Positions 25,327-38,460 of a stretch of 64,000 nucleotides of DNA are shown piece after piece; position 1 is the stretch's first letter; each line of letters opens with the position of its first letter. The stretch lies in NCBI RefSeq assembly GCF_036321535.1, contig NC_087436.1, positions 95,420,001 to 95,484,000 of the forward strand, in the 5' to 3' direction. A program made the position numbers and the translations under genes. The notes beneath the pieces are model-generated. The model was not told where the DNA came from, did not search any database, and saw only the letters and a program-made list of their open reading frames with translations. This DNA is from Camelus dromedarius (Eukaryota).

Positions 25327-27829
25327 GAGGGTGAGTGAACCTTGTTCACTCTGCCCTGATGCCATTTGGTCTGTTTAATTTGTTGATTCTTTTTCATTTA
25401 TCTGTAATATGCTCCCAAAAGGCCACACACCTCAAGGGTTTACATGTTTCTTTTTCAGGACTCTGTCCACGGTAAAAATGAAGACAAGGAATTTCCTTCC
25501 CCAGCTGATCCAGGTGACCTGTGTCACTGGGCGTGGTTCCTGCTGTGGCAGCCTCGAGGCAGGTGCCACGTAAGCAAACAGTTGAGATTTCACTGAGGAC
25601 TGTAAGGGGAGGGGGCAGAGGATGGTTTGATGGCACATCAAATGGTAAACAACGTAGTTAGTAACCCTTTAAGGTGTCTGTCCCCTTGAGGCCTCCCCAC
25701 ACTGGGTTTGCCTCTCAACCCCTTCCTCAAGCAGCCCCGGGGCCTCCATTTGTTTGTGCAGTGACATTTGGCTGTGGAGTTTCAATCCCGGGGCCCGCCG
25801 GCCCACAGCCCTGGGAGGCTCCTCCTCTCCACTGGCTTACAAAGCTTTAACTCAACAAAAGTGGGTCTTTCCTGGGAGCTTATTCTGCTGCTGAGGAAAC
25901 TACGGTCCTTTCCTGTGTGTCCATCTTCTGCTGGGCTAGCATTTGCCAACTTTGACTAATCTCTCAGCCTTTTCTCTGTAAGAAGTGTGAGAAGAGAAAA
26001 CAAGACCCAAAACACAGCTCCGTCTAGATGTGGAGGGGCGTCTGGGGGAGGGGCTCAGGCAGGAGGGGCAGCGGCCCCTCTGGAAGCTGAACACATGGGC
26101 GGCATAAGGAAGCAGGGAGTCCAGCCAGGAGGAGAGAGGAGGTTGGCCATGACTCTGAGGAGGCAAGAGTGAGTGTGAAGGCTCTGAGGAGGGAATACGC
26201 TGGCTTGCTGAGAGGAACAGCAGGCTGGGAGTGAGGGACAGCGGTGAGCACGCAGGGAGGGCAGGGAGGACGGAGAGGTCGGCAGCAGGTAGGGGGCCCA
26301 CTGACAGCTCCACTCCAAGCGTCAGATCTCAGAGAACCGAGGCGCACACCTCATCTCCCACGCACCGCTGGTGGTGTCCCCTGAAACCACCAGTTCCACC
26401 CACCCTCACTGCCTCCTCCCAAATTAACTTCCCTATCGGGGAGAATCTGGGAGCCTCCCTGTTCCCTGGTGAAGTTTCTGTTTTGTTTGTTTTGGTTTTG
26501 TTATTTTGCTATAAACACTCCCTTAGGCTTGATTTTCAAAACTGTGTTGACCCAGCTAGGAGTAGCTGTGAAGTCTTCGGAGCCTGCCACAGAGGGTCTT
26601 TGGCCTTTCTGTTGCTGTGTGGTCAGAAACCTGCCGTGGAGAAGCCGGCCTCTCACCACACCCCGTAGGCTTGTTTGAGGCCAGCAGGCATTCGACCACA
26701 GAGAGGTTTTTGTGGCTTTGAGGCCTCGTATAATCCCTAATACCAGAACCTTGCAAACTTTCCATAGATTTGTTGCTTCTCCACCCCAGGGGTTGTCGGC
26801 CAGGTCTGCAGCATTTCTGCTGCACAGTCAACCTGCAGCCCTCGGCCTGCTGCTCTCCCCAAGTGTCTGTAGCCATGGGCTGCGCTTGCTGGGCAGTCAG
26901 CCCCACAGATGGGCTCCAGGCTCCAGGTAAACCCACAGCAGCAGGCAAAGCTGGGGCTGAGTGGAATTCATCTCTGCAGTGGATTGTCTCTCATCTTCTG
27001 GGACAGAATCCGACTTCCCAAGGACTAAGGTATCTCCATCGAGGCCAGCTGAGACACCATCCACTGGCCTGGGATTTTCGGAGGGAGTTTCTTGGAGAAA
27101 GTGCACCTACCATTGTGTCCACTGGCATTTCTCATGCACAGGCATTTCTGGATGAGATTTAAAGGCCGTCGCACCAAAGCCAGCATCACTGTAGACCTCC
27201 CCTCTGCCAGCGTGGTAGATCTAAAGGCCTTAGTGATGGTGCCAGCCTGGCCTCCTCTCTGTCCAGCAGTCAGATGGAGGGTACCCACCTGGCTGTCTTC
27301 TCGGAGGATGGTTTCATCTGAGCTAAAGCTGGCTCCTCTGCCCTAAAGATCCTGGGTGGGACTGAGAACCATAGCCCAAGTATGGTCAACTTCTCACAGG
27401 AAGCCCTGGTTTCACCCCAAGCCAACCACAAATTCTGTCAATACATTTTTACATCTCCAAAATAGAAAAGCAGAGTAGTATGTAAAGCATGTAGAGTAAC
27501 GTAGATTACACTGAGAATGTGATGGGGGAGGAGAAAAGGGCTTGCTTTACACACCGGGTAGCAAACAACAAAACTCTCCGCGACTACTTTGGTTTTTCAC
27601 ACCTCCAGCCCATTCATTTCCCCCCTCAGCCATCAGCTGCTTGGTCTCCCTGGCTCCCACACCCCGGTCTGCTCTCTGAACCCTCTTTTCACATTTCTGT
27701 TCTGAAGCTGTGTGGTGGAGTCTTCCATAAATGCCAGCGAGGTCAGATTTGTGGGGAGTGCTGCTCCAGTCTTCTCCCATCTTCCTGGAGGCACTTTCAG
27801 GCTCTTTGCTCCCTCCACCCTCACTATTC

Positions 27830-28500
27830 TCTCTGTTTCTTCTGAGTTTCTTTTCCATTTGTTTATTTGGTTTGATTTTTGGTCTCTGTCTTTCATGTTA
27901 GTTTCCCTCAAATGTCTCATGATCCTTGGTTGCCCATTTACAGGTAAGAGTGAGGCACTAAGTGGGTGATGAAAGCTCTGTGTCTGCACAGGATTCACTG
28001 ATCTGTGGGCTGTACTGAAAGGCAGCTAGAGGGGACCCAAATGGGGGGACTTGCAAGTGCCTGTATTTCTGAGTCTTTTTAATTGAAGTTCTGTTTCTCT
28101 AGAGAAGAATTCTCTGGGGTCAAGACGGGGGAAGGCATAGGTGTCTCACCGTTCAGTGTGCACTTAACCCCCTAGACTTCAACAGGGAGCTCCGCATTTG
28201 CCCTCTTCTGTCCAAACAGAAAATTCCACTTTGGTTTCTCTGTAGAATAAACGCAGTGGGAGAAAGGCAGCTGCCTTGTTCTTCTGGGTGAAGGTAGTAG
28301 TCTAGGTATCTGACTGTCCTTCATTAATGTTTTGAACCAGTCCTGATATTTCCAGCCCTACCCATCACTGCATGGTTGCAAATTGGGCTTCCAGTCTCTG
28401 AGTCTTTCCAGGGCGCCGTGATACAAGTGGCTTTGCTTTTATTAGCACCATCCCCTGACCCCAGAGAATTAGGTTTCAGCTTTCTTCACTTTTTCACTTT
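27830..28500 (-). mobile_element. Ancient L1ME 5' region
   Basis: ggtctctgtctttcatgttag..cctcaaatgtctcatgatccttggttgcccattt, typical antisense L1ME ORF1 start. Confidence 0.55.
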
Positions 28501-28929
28501 CTTTATCTCTGTTTTTTAATTGGATGTCTAGCAAATAAATTCATCAATGGATGATGGAGAGAGGAGAGAGCAGGGGGCTTTGAAAGCTTTACAAAGGAAC
28601 TGGCGTTTTGATGGAGTCTTAAAGAATCAGTTGGATTTTGACCTTTGTAAGACTGGCTGGAGTATTAGAATGTAGGGAAGAAAATTCTAAGTCAAAGAAG
28701 CCACATAAGCAAATGTAGAGCAAAGTGATTTAGGTTAAATGATTTCTTTACCCTAAGGCAGTCCTCAACTTCGCCACCTGCTTTCCATATAAAATTTGGA
28801 CAGCTCTGGCCCACTTTTGTCTCCTCTTCTAAACTTTAGTCTTCTTCCATTTTTGATCTTTCTAAATACCTTTACTGTCAATTTAATGGGGCTTGGCAGT
28901 AGAGCAATAATAAATACATTTGTTTCATC

Positions 28930-29157
28930 CAGCATTTCTCAGCCTCAGCACTGTTGATATTTTGGGCCAGATGATTCTTTATAGGAGGGAAGGAGCTGCC
29001 CTGTGCATTGAAAGATGTTAAACAGCATTCTTGGATGCCATGCCAATAGACCCCACCCCTAGTTGTGACAACCAGAAACATCTCCAGCCATGGCTAAATG
29101 TCCCTTGGTCGCAGGGCAGGGGGAAGATGTGAAGGACTGTCCAGTTAAGAACAACTG
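28930..29157 (+). mobile_element. MER20 (hAT-Charlie)
   Basis: cagcactgttgatattttgggccagatgattcttt..gttgtgacaaccagaaacatctccag..aaatgtccc..gttaagaacaactg; TSD gtttcatc / gtttaaac. Confidence 0.85.
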
Positions 29158-31769
29158 GTTTAAACCATTATTTTTATTGAATGTCTAGAAAAATAGATTT
29201 ATGAGTGGATGATGGTGAGAGAGAAGAACAGGGACCTCAGGAAGGCTTACAAAGGCGCTTTGACAGGATCTTGAAGGATCAGTTGGATATTAAGGATGGA
29301 AGATTGGTAGAGGGTTAGACTGCAGGGAAGGAAATTCTGGGTCAGAGAAACTACATGAACAAGTAAGAGCAAAAGGATTCAGGCTAAATGGTTTTCTATA
29401 ATCTCAATGTAGGGTTCCTGTGTCAGGGAAAAGGCTGCAAAATTAGAAGGTAGTTTACAAAGACTTTGACTGCAAACGTGGAACCTGGCCATTATCCTGA
29501 AGTGATGTGATCATATCTTTGACCAATAACTTTAGAAAATGAGACCTGAGTGATGGGAGATGAGTTAGGTGTTTGGGGCAATAGTCAGGGATGAGGAGGC
29601 CTGAATGCGGAGGAGGGGGGCACAATGGGAATTGGAGCCAGAATCTTCAAGTGTCTTCATTTTCATGATAATTAATTAAAGGAACTGAAGGGGAGCCAGA
29701 GGATGAGCAGTCGTTAATGAAGCTCTCAGACCTATATATTTGCATATTAAAAGAAAAACTGTGTCTTCATTCAAGGAAAGTACCTTAAGCAGTGGGAATT
29801 TCAGGCTGTGGATACCCTAACAACCACACCCATGAGGCAGCAGCCTACTCTATTGATGTATTGTTAGCCCACGGTCCAATTATAGTAATTGCCTATAACA
29901 AACGGCATTGATGCTTGAGGTTAAAAAGGGAACTAATACTTCCTAATGAAGACCGTTTAAATTTGCATTTGAAGGCAAGGTGGTCTACAGAAGAGTAGAA
30001 ATGCTTTCAGAGGGAGCATCACTGCTGGCACCCTTGGCACCTCAGTTCCTAATCTTAGTAAGAGAAACGGAACTACCCTTTTATCTCAGGTCTGCTTGGA
30101 AGATCAAGCCAATTTGGCTTTCTGACAGCTACTGCTAGGTTTTTGTTTTTTTTTTTTAAGGTAATTGTAGAAAGTGTCTTGCATCATTTTGTTGTACAGG
30201 TAACAAATTCATTAAAAGCCAAAAAGAGAGTGAGAAAGAAAGAAATTGTTCAGAGGTCTTGGGATTTCGGGAGTTGGAGAAGAAATATTTATAGAAGTAG
30301 ACTTCCTAGAGGTAAAACTGCAAATAAGCAATCGAGACAGTGGTTGTCCTTCCAAGGGGCAGGGAGGTACCCCTGTCACACGGCTTCAACTCCCCTCCCC
30401 ACTTTCGATTTCTCCTCACTACCGCCTCCTTCTCCTTAATGAAATGACGGGGAAGTTCTGGTGTAAAGTGAATACTTCCTGATTTGAGTAAAATAAGAAA
30501 AAAGTACAGAAAGGAGATATGCTTTTGAGAGCAAAGGGAAATTGACTAAATGTGAAATCTTGGGTGACTATATTAACTTGGAAGCCTCCATGCTGAACGT
30601 CGTGCTGCCGCAGGTTCTTGGAGACACGAGGTGCAGAGACCCTCACATCTCCCGATGGGTGGAGGAGTCAGGCCTGACTTAAATGTCTCCATACAACACC
30701 TTCACCTTACATTTTATTTTTAGGCCTGACTTCCCACTGGCAAATATGTCACACTACGGACTGCTATGGGATTAGAAAATTGGTCTATCAATAGAGAAAA
30801 TTATAATGAAGTTTAAAGGTTCTGGACGGGTAAAGAGTGCTAGCAGTGACTTGCTCCTTGAAAGGAGAAAACATCAGCTATTGGAGGGTATGTGTTATTT
30901 TAATTTCATATTATCATCCCTGAATTAAACAAGATGAGAGCAGATACATTTTAATAAACGATTCTCCATCCAATTTTGTTCTCCTTCTATATAAAATATC
31001 CAAGGCAATTGTAAAAATATATGTAGGTAATTTTCTATAACTTTTTAGTCCTAGTATGCACTGTTCACCTTTTCCTTCAACTTAGCGAAAGAGTTTTATT
31101 GGTGCACTGTGCCGTATTAGTGGTACGATGCCCTGCGGGTTGCAGGTAGGTGGAGATATAACAGTGTACATCCATAAATTGCCTGATTTAAATTGACTAT
31201 CGGTGTCAGAAGGGATTATTATGCCCTTATGGACGTTGTTGACGGGTCTGTTTGCACTAACACTTTACCTATCGAGAAGGCTGCTACTTTCTGAAAGCTA
31301 ATACAAATTGGACTTGAAAAGAATAGAACAAATATTGGTAAATCAACAGATGCTTTTTGAATGTTCTTCCAGTTGCCCAGAGGGAGGGCAGTCAATGGTT
31401 AAATAGATAAGCTGTAGGAGAGGAAACTCAAACATCTACACAGACTCAATCTATCACTTGCTAATCATTGCTAGACTTTTGCTGGGTCAAGGACTGTGCC
31501 TTTGATAGATACGTTGAGAGAAGTGATGTGGCTTGAGGGTCAGTTTCTCCTTTTGTTCTTTTAAAATTCTCTAAATGTTAATTATTCACTAACATCAGTA
31601 AATCTCTTGAACTATTTTCTTGTTTTTATGATATAGTTGGGGCCTGATGGGGACTTGACTTCCTGCAACCTGGAAAAATGCCATTTGGAAGACTGACAGC
31701 TCCTGATGCCTGTTTGATGGAGCCTGCAGTCTGTCTTTGGTACAGATTGGTATCAGGGCCAGATACTAA

Positions 31770-32000
31770 CCATAATGACAGCGAGCATATATGCAATGCT
31801 CACCGTGTGCCAGGTACCCTTCTAAGTGACTTGCATCTGTTACTTCATTTAATCTTCAGACGGCCCTTTGATGTGATATCCCCATCTTATAGATGAGGAG
31901 ACTGAGGCACGGGGATATTAAATACATTGACTGCTAGTACCTGGTAGAGCCAGAATTCAAAACCAGGCTTTCTGATGCCAAAGTCTGCATTCTTAATATT
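31770..32000 (-). mobile_element. MIR SINE
   Basis: gtgccaggtac..tcatttaatcttca..ccccatcttatagatgaggagactgaggcac..gagccagaattcaaa. Confidence 0.85.
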
Positions 32001-34199
32001 GTGAAAGATACTCATCTTGAGATAACACTCTCAGGGCAGACGGGGTTATGGCCAATCAAAGGGACACGCACCAACCAGGACAGGCTTGTGAAATATGAAC
32101 TCCCAAGGATTCCCAGAAATAAATGGGCAGGAGTGCAGCATCGGGAATTGAATCAGGAACTCCCTGTGTTTAAGTAAGATGGTGATTTAGGCTGTGACGG
32201 AGGCATTAAAGAGGGCTTAAGGGCGTCTACCCTGCATATGCTATTTAGTCCAAATTCTAACTATGCTACTTAATTTTAATCTGTGGTCACAGGGGTTGAT
32301 CAATGTAGGAAGAAGATACAACTTATTATTTAATTTATCCACTTATTCGACAAATATCTATTGAGTGTTGACTGTGCTGTGTGCACCATATGGCCATACA
32401 AAGCAGAAGACACTGCAGCCTTCCTCTGGGGGGACCAACACCCCTGCCCTATCGATCAGGGTCTGGAGACCAGCTTCCCGTGGTCTTCCCAGTGAGGGCA
32501 GGTGGCTCAGGTCCCACCCTTCTCCTCCTCTCTGCTGGGACTGTGTTCCCGGGAGCATTTTCAGGTGTGCTAGGCGTGGCCACCAGAATAGGGAGGGGAG
32601 ATCCCTGGCAGGACTGGGAGAGGAAGAGGGGACCCGCCCACGGGAGAAACTGGGGAAGCACTTACCATAATGCCCGTCTTTCCCAGCACAGGTCTCAGTT
32701 CCTTACCTGCACCTCTGGTGGGGCTGGGGAGCTCATCTTTATTTGGGAACAGTACTTGACCTGATGAGGGGCTGTTTCTTCTTTATTTATTTGACACACT
32801 GTACTTTTTCATATGTTTCGCTATAGACATATTAACGTGTTTGCTGATGTGGCCTCTACCCAATCCCACTCGTGTGACAAGGCATGATGGGCACACCAGG
32901 TTCCTGTGCTGCAGGCTTTGTTTGCTGGGAGTTGCTCTCCTTCCTTCTCCGCTTTGCTCTGGCCCCAGGAGGCAAGCCCTGTAGATACTTAAGTGGGTCA
33001 GTGGGTGCCTCTTGCCCTCCAGCTTCTGGCTGGGACCAGCCAATGGGAGGCACCAGCTGAACTCAGAAGGCAGGGAAGAGGAGAGGGGGCATCTAGTCCC
33101 CTGGCTGCCCTGCTGCTGGGCCAGGAGGTGGCAGTGACTCTGTTGCTCTGTGAAAGGCCACAGCTGTGGTCAGATGGCCTCTCCTCGAGCTACAGTTACA
33201 GTTGGGTCTGAGTTCCTGTAACCACCACCATCCCCTAATCTTTCAGGCCTGTGAATTACTAATGTGCTGGGATACTTAAAATAAAAGGTACAATTACAGG
33301 ACATAAGGCATCATCTAAAAACTACCTCGGTTGTTGAGAATGGTGGAATAAGAGGAATTATGGCTAGGAATGTGGAGTGTATTTATTGGCTCAGGAGAGA
33401 CACGGGAGGAAGAAGGGGAGAGCCAGTTAAGTTCAGAGAATGGTCATTCATTGAACATCTATTATGAGCCAAGGTCACTCACATGTATCATCTTGCTCAA
33501 TTCAAACAATAGCCCTGCAAGATCTGTTACTATTCCTGGTAGAGACCAGGAACTTGGAGGTGGTTACATAGCTAGTAATCACTGCTAGTTAAGTGGTAGA
33601 GCATGAACTTGACTGCATGTCTTAAGAGGTAAGGAAATTTGGTGCTTCTGTCCTGGGGATCTCCTGGGCGCCTCTTCCTGGCACTATTGGGCTAGCAGAG
33701 AAGAGTACAGGAAAAGGGAGGCTGGGCTGTCACAATGATGGAGTCCAGATATCAGATCCTTTCCTATTTTGGCAGAGGGTGAGCCAGCAGGAAGGGGCTG
33801 GAGGTACCAGGGCTGTGGGAGAAATCACCTCTGGGAAGGGTGAAAAGGTGCAGAAGGTGGGTAAGCAGCAAAAGCTTCCCTCAAGTCCATCTATGTAATG
33901 TTTTCTCAAGGCTCACCCTGCTTACTTCCAACCATATCAGAAAAATAAAAGGGAAGGTCTTTGGGTTCTTTTGTTTGATAGAAACCATGAATGTGAGTAT
34001 CTCATGGAGATCGTTGGCCATAAGAATCGTTGATATCCAGGAATGCCATGCAAACTTTATTTTACAGATGTTTTATACTGAGGCAGTCTCTTAATTGGAC
34101 ATTATTCTTTAGAATCAAGTGTCAAAAAGTGATCTCCTGCCTTAAAGAAGGAATTACAAATCCTTCTCCCTTGAGGAATTCATACTGTTTATCTGATGC

Positions 34200-34862
34200 A
34201 TGGTGGACAAGAACATGGCTTTAGAATCAGGCAGAACTGGGTTCAAATTCCAGCTCGGCTTTGAAATTAAGTTAGGGTATAGGCTAGCTATATGAAAGAA
34301 ATCCAAATAACAGGTTTCAACAAGGGAGAAGGCTATTTTTTCCCTTACTTAATGGTTTGAGGTAGGTGGCCCAGGAATGGTAGAGCTGGTCTGTGCTAGG
34401 AGGATGTCAAGAATCAGGAATCAGTCTCCTTTAATCTTGTTGTTTCACCATCCATAGGATGATGCCTCCAACTGTAAGGCCCAAGATGTCTCACTGCTTC
34501 ATCAACATTTCAAGCAGCAGGGTGGTGGAAGAGGACAAGGTGGGGGAGGCAAGTCCAGGAAGTTACCCATACTATACCCTTTCCCTTCATAGCCCATTGG
34601 CCAGATCTTAGTCTGTGTCTGTGCTCAGCTGCAAGGGAGGCTGGGAAATGAAGCCGTTATTCTAAAAGGTTATATACCCAGAAAATCAGAGGTATGATCC
34701 CCATAGGCTCAGCTGTGTGACTTTGGGCTAGTTCATGAACTCCTGGGTCTCAGTTTCTGTATCTGTGAAATGGGAATAATAAAAGCCTACCTACAGAGTC
34801 GATGTGATGATTAAAGAGGAATGTGTTTAAGCACTTAATAAAGCTAGCTAGGATTGTTATTG
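34200..34862 (+). mobile_element. MIR split by a minus-strand MLT1J-like LTR (~34265-34700)
   Basis: MIR head (ggctttagaatcaggcagaactgggttcaaattccagctc) resumes at agctgtgtgactttgggc..ctcagtttctgtatctgtgaaatggg; MLT1 motif cattggccaga..cagctgcaagggaggctgggaaatg lies between. Confidence 0.75.
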
Positions 34863-37557
34863 TCTTCCTGAGGCTGAGAGCAGTTGTGGTACCACCCACC
34901 TGTCTTGCCAGGATCCTGACCTTGCCACTTCTTGTCAGTGTAAGCTCGTTTTGGAATCTTCTAAAGACCTTTCTGGTTAGGGTTTAACGACCCAAAAATT
35001 AACAGTGATAAACAGAGGTACATCCTACACTATTCCTGGGAGAAAAGACGTTGGCAGTGGCTATGATTTCTTTCCCTGTTCACTAGCTCATGGAGGACCG
35101 TGGACTGGGGATGGGGGATGGAGGTGAGGAGCAGAGTTTGGAGATGCCCAGTCATGCCCCGGGCTTACCGTTCATCTCCCAAGCCCAGCAATCCAGTTTC
35201 AAGTTGAGTTATGCCAACTCCCTATACAGGGCTTTTGCTTCCATTCTCCACAGCATGGCTGGCCCCTAGCCAGCCCACCACAGAGCCAGCCGCATTTAGC
35301 TCAATATTAACAATGAATTATTATTAGAAAATAATTTTCACGATCGCCCAGTTTGCCTTTTGCTGGCTTTGTTTCAAGAGGCTGGGTAATAATGCAGGTG
35401 CTAAATCAGACAGGAGGGAGAAGTTTCCTTCTTCCAGAAGAAGTACGGCTTTGAACCTTGTTGGAAAATGTATTTGCACTATGATGTAATGAATCCATCC
35501 TAAAAGACCCTGTGAGATATCCGGAGTTACGAGAAGCTACCTGAACCTCTCTGGTGGGTAATTAGAGCTGTGGCTTGTAAATAACTTCCTTACATGTGAC
35601 CTAAAAGGCACTCTTGTTTTCAGGTAGCCAGTTTTGCTGAACATCCTCAATTCAAGGTCTGCAACTTGTTGCAGTTTTACTGCAACGGGCTCTTTGTGCC
35701 AGGCTCTTCCATAGCCCTTGGGGCTCCCGCTTTCCCAGGGGGACACTTATCCTGCTTGTCAGTGAGCAGTCTGACCACTTAAGCACAGTTCAACCTCAGA
35801 GTTCTGTGGTCATTCTTACTGCATTTCAGGACATTGTTTCCATGTTCCATTCCTCCTCATGGAAAGAATTATCTCCTTAATTTCATCACTACATCTGGCA
35901 GCAAAGACTGAAAGCCCAGGGCAGTTGAAAACATGCGTGTATTTTCAGTTGACAGGGGTTGAATTTCTTTTTGGCTGTAAATCATCAAAGAATTCCTCAG
36001 CTGCAATGGTTCCACTATAAATACACAGAGATGCTAATCAAAGGTAAGTCAATAGCCTTTCTTATTTCCTTCCTTCCTTCCTTCTTTCCATTTCCCCACT
36101 TTTTCTTTGCTCTCCTTCTTTTTTGGGGTGTGCATGTAAGTCACTGTGATTGCAATAAACAGCCCAGATTGGGGTTTCAGTGAACTAAGGTTTAGGGATC
36201 GTAGATAATCACTAGGTTGTCCTCACTGCAATAAGCTGACTTGATGCCCTCTTCATAGTTCAGGGAACCAAAATGAATTCAACCCCACACTCTGGTTATC
36301 CCTGGACCTATCCCTCTGTAAGCTTCACTTACAGTAAAAACTTTGGTTTTTCAAATTGATTAAATGTCCCTCAATTCCAGCTGGATAATAGAAGTTGTAA
36401 TGTAAAACAAAAGCAACTCTGGTTTCTGCATAGAATAAGGACCATGTGTGGAACTGAAACCATTCTTTTTCAATGTAGCTTATTTTCCAACAGTTTGGAG
36501 AATATCCGTCTGTGATAGCAAGGAGAGCTAACACAAGGCAACCAAGATTCCCTGCCCCACCCCACCCCACCCCCCAATCCTTTAACCTTTTTCTGTTGAT
36601 TCTTTGCCACTTAGGCCTAAGGAAATGACTTGGCTTAAATATAATAGTTATGCATTACCAGAGCCGGTTGCTAGGTGTGGTTTCAAAACAATTTTTAGTT
36701 TCAATATATGTCCTTTGATAATAAAATAATATGACCCTTCTAGCAATTAGCAATGCTTTGTAATAATCACTCTCACAGAAGGAATTGGCATAACTCTGCA
36801 AGCATAGTTATGTTTCGTATTAGTATTTGCACATAGATACACGGAGAGTCTTACAGACAAGCAGAAATCCTATACTTAACAACATAGAAACCAATAAAAC
36901 CTCAATTGGAAAGCTTCTCATTCTCTAAGCCAAAGCCTAGAAAAGAGTGATACGTATTTCTAATGGTTTGCTTATTTAAAAAAAAAGGTCTTACTTCTTC
37001 AAAGATATAATACAGACGTAAAGATCCTGGGTAATTTGAAAAAACTGCAGGAAGTGCTCTTCTAAACTCCCAGAAATTGGCTTCAACTGCTTTTCCTTTT
37101 ATTCTAGACAAAAAAAACATTTTCTGTGATGTGATAGAATAGCTCATAAGACGTTATTCAAGGAATAGAGAGAAACATTTCATTTAGTTGATTTTAATAT
37201 TGAAAAGTTTGCAGAAAATTTTCATAATTTAAATTTAAGTGAAAGAAAATTAACACGAGCTATTATGAGCCCAATTTTGTAAAAATTGGAAAAATGCACC
37301 ATAAAAAGATTGAAAGAATACATACAAAAACGTTAGCATTTGTTTTTTCTGGATTTTGAGATTATTTATTGGGGAGGTTTATCTTCTTTATTTTTTCATG
37401 CCACTTTCCATTTCTACAGTGATCAAGCTATACTCTTTTAAGAGAAAAAATATGATTTTAAGAAAACACAAAATAATGCAAGACCTCCTCTACCAATAGA
37501 AGTAAAACAGGAAAAAATATAGAAAAAATGTTTCTTTGGGAAAGTGGAACTTTAGGG

Positions 37558-38134
<577 letters not shown>

Positions 38135-38460
38135 GGAATTGACAAACTTTTCTGTAAAGGGCCAGAGAGCATTTTATCATTTGCGGGCCATACTGTCTCT
38201 ATTGCACCAACCCAACCCTGCCATACAGTTCAAAACCAGATGTAGACAGTACATAAATGAATGGTACAGCTGAGTTCCAGTCACACTTTACTGACACTGA
38301 AATTTGAATTTCATATAATTTCATATGTTGTGAAATATTACTTTTATTTTGATTCCCCCCCTACCATTTAACAATGTAAAAACCATTCAGAGCTTGTGGG
38401 TCATGTAGAAACATGTGGCAGGCCAGATGTAGCCTTTGGGCTGTCCTTTGCCAGCCCTTG
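38135..38460 (+). mobile_element. MER58B (hAT-Charlie)
   Basis: caaacttttctgtaaagggccaga..gcgggccatac..gacactgaaatttgaatttcatataattt..aatgtaaaaaccattc..tttgccagcccttg. Confidence 0.85.

Noticed and set aside
25900..27350. Dense overlapping ORFs of 100-145 aa
   Set aside because: GC-rich sequence with few stops on both strands; no recognisable domain or consistent exon chain
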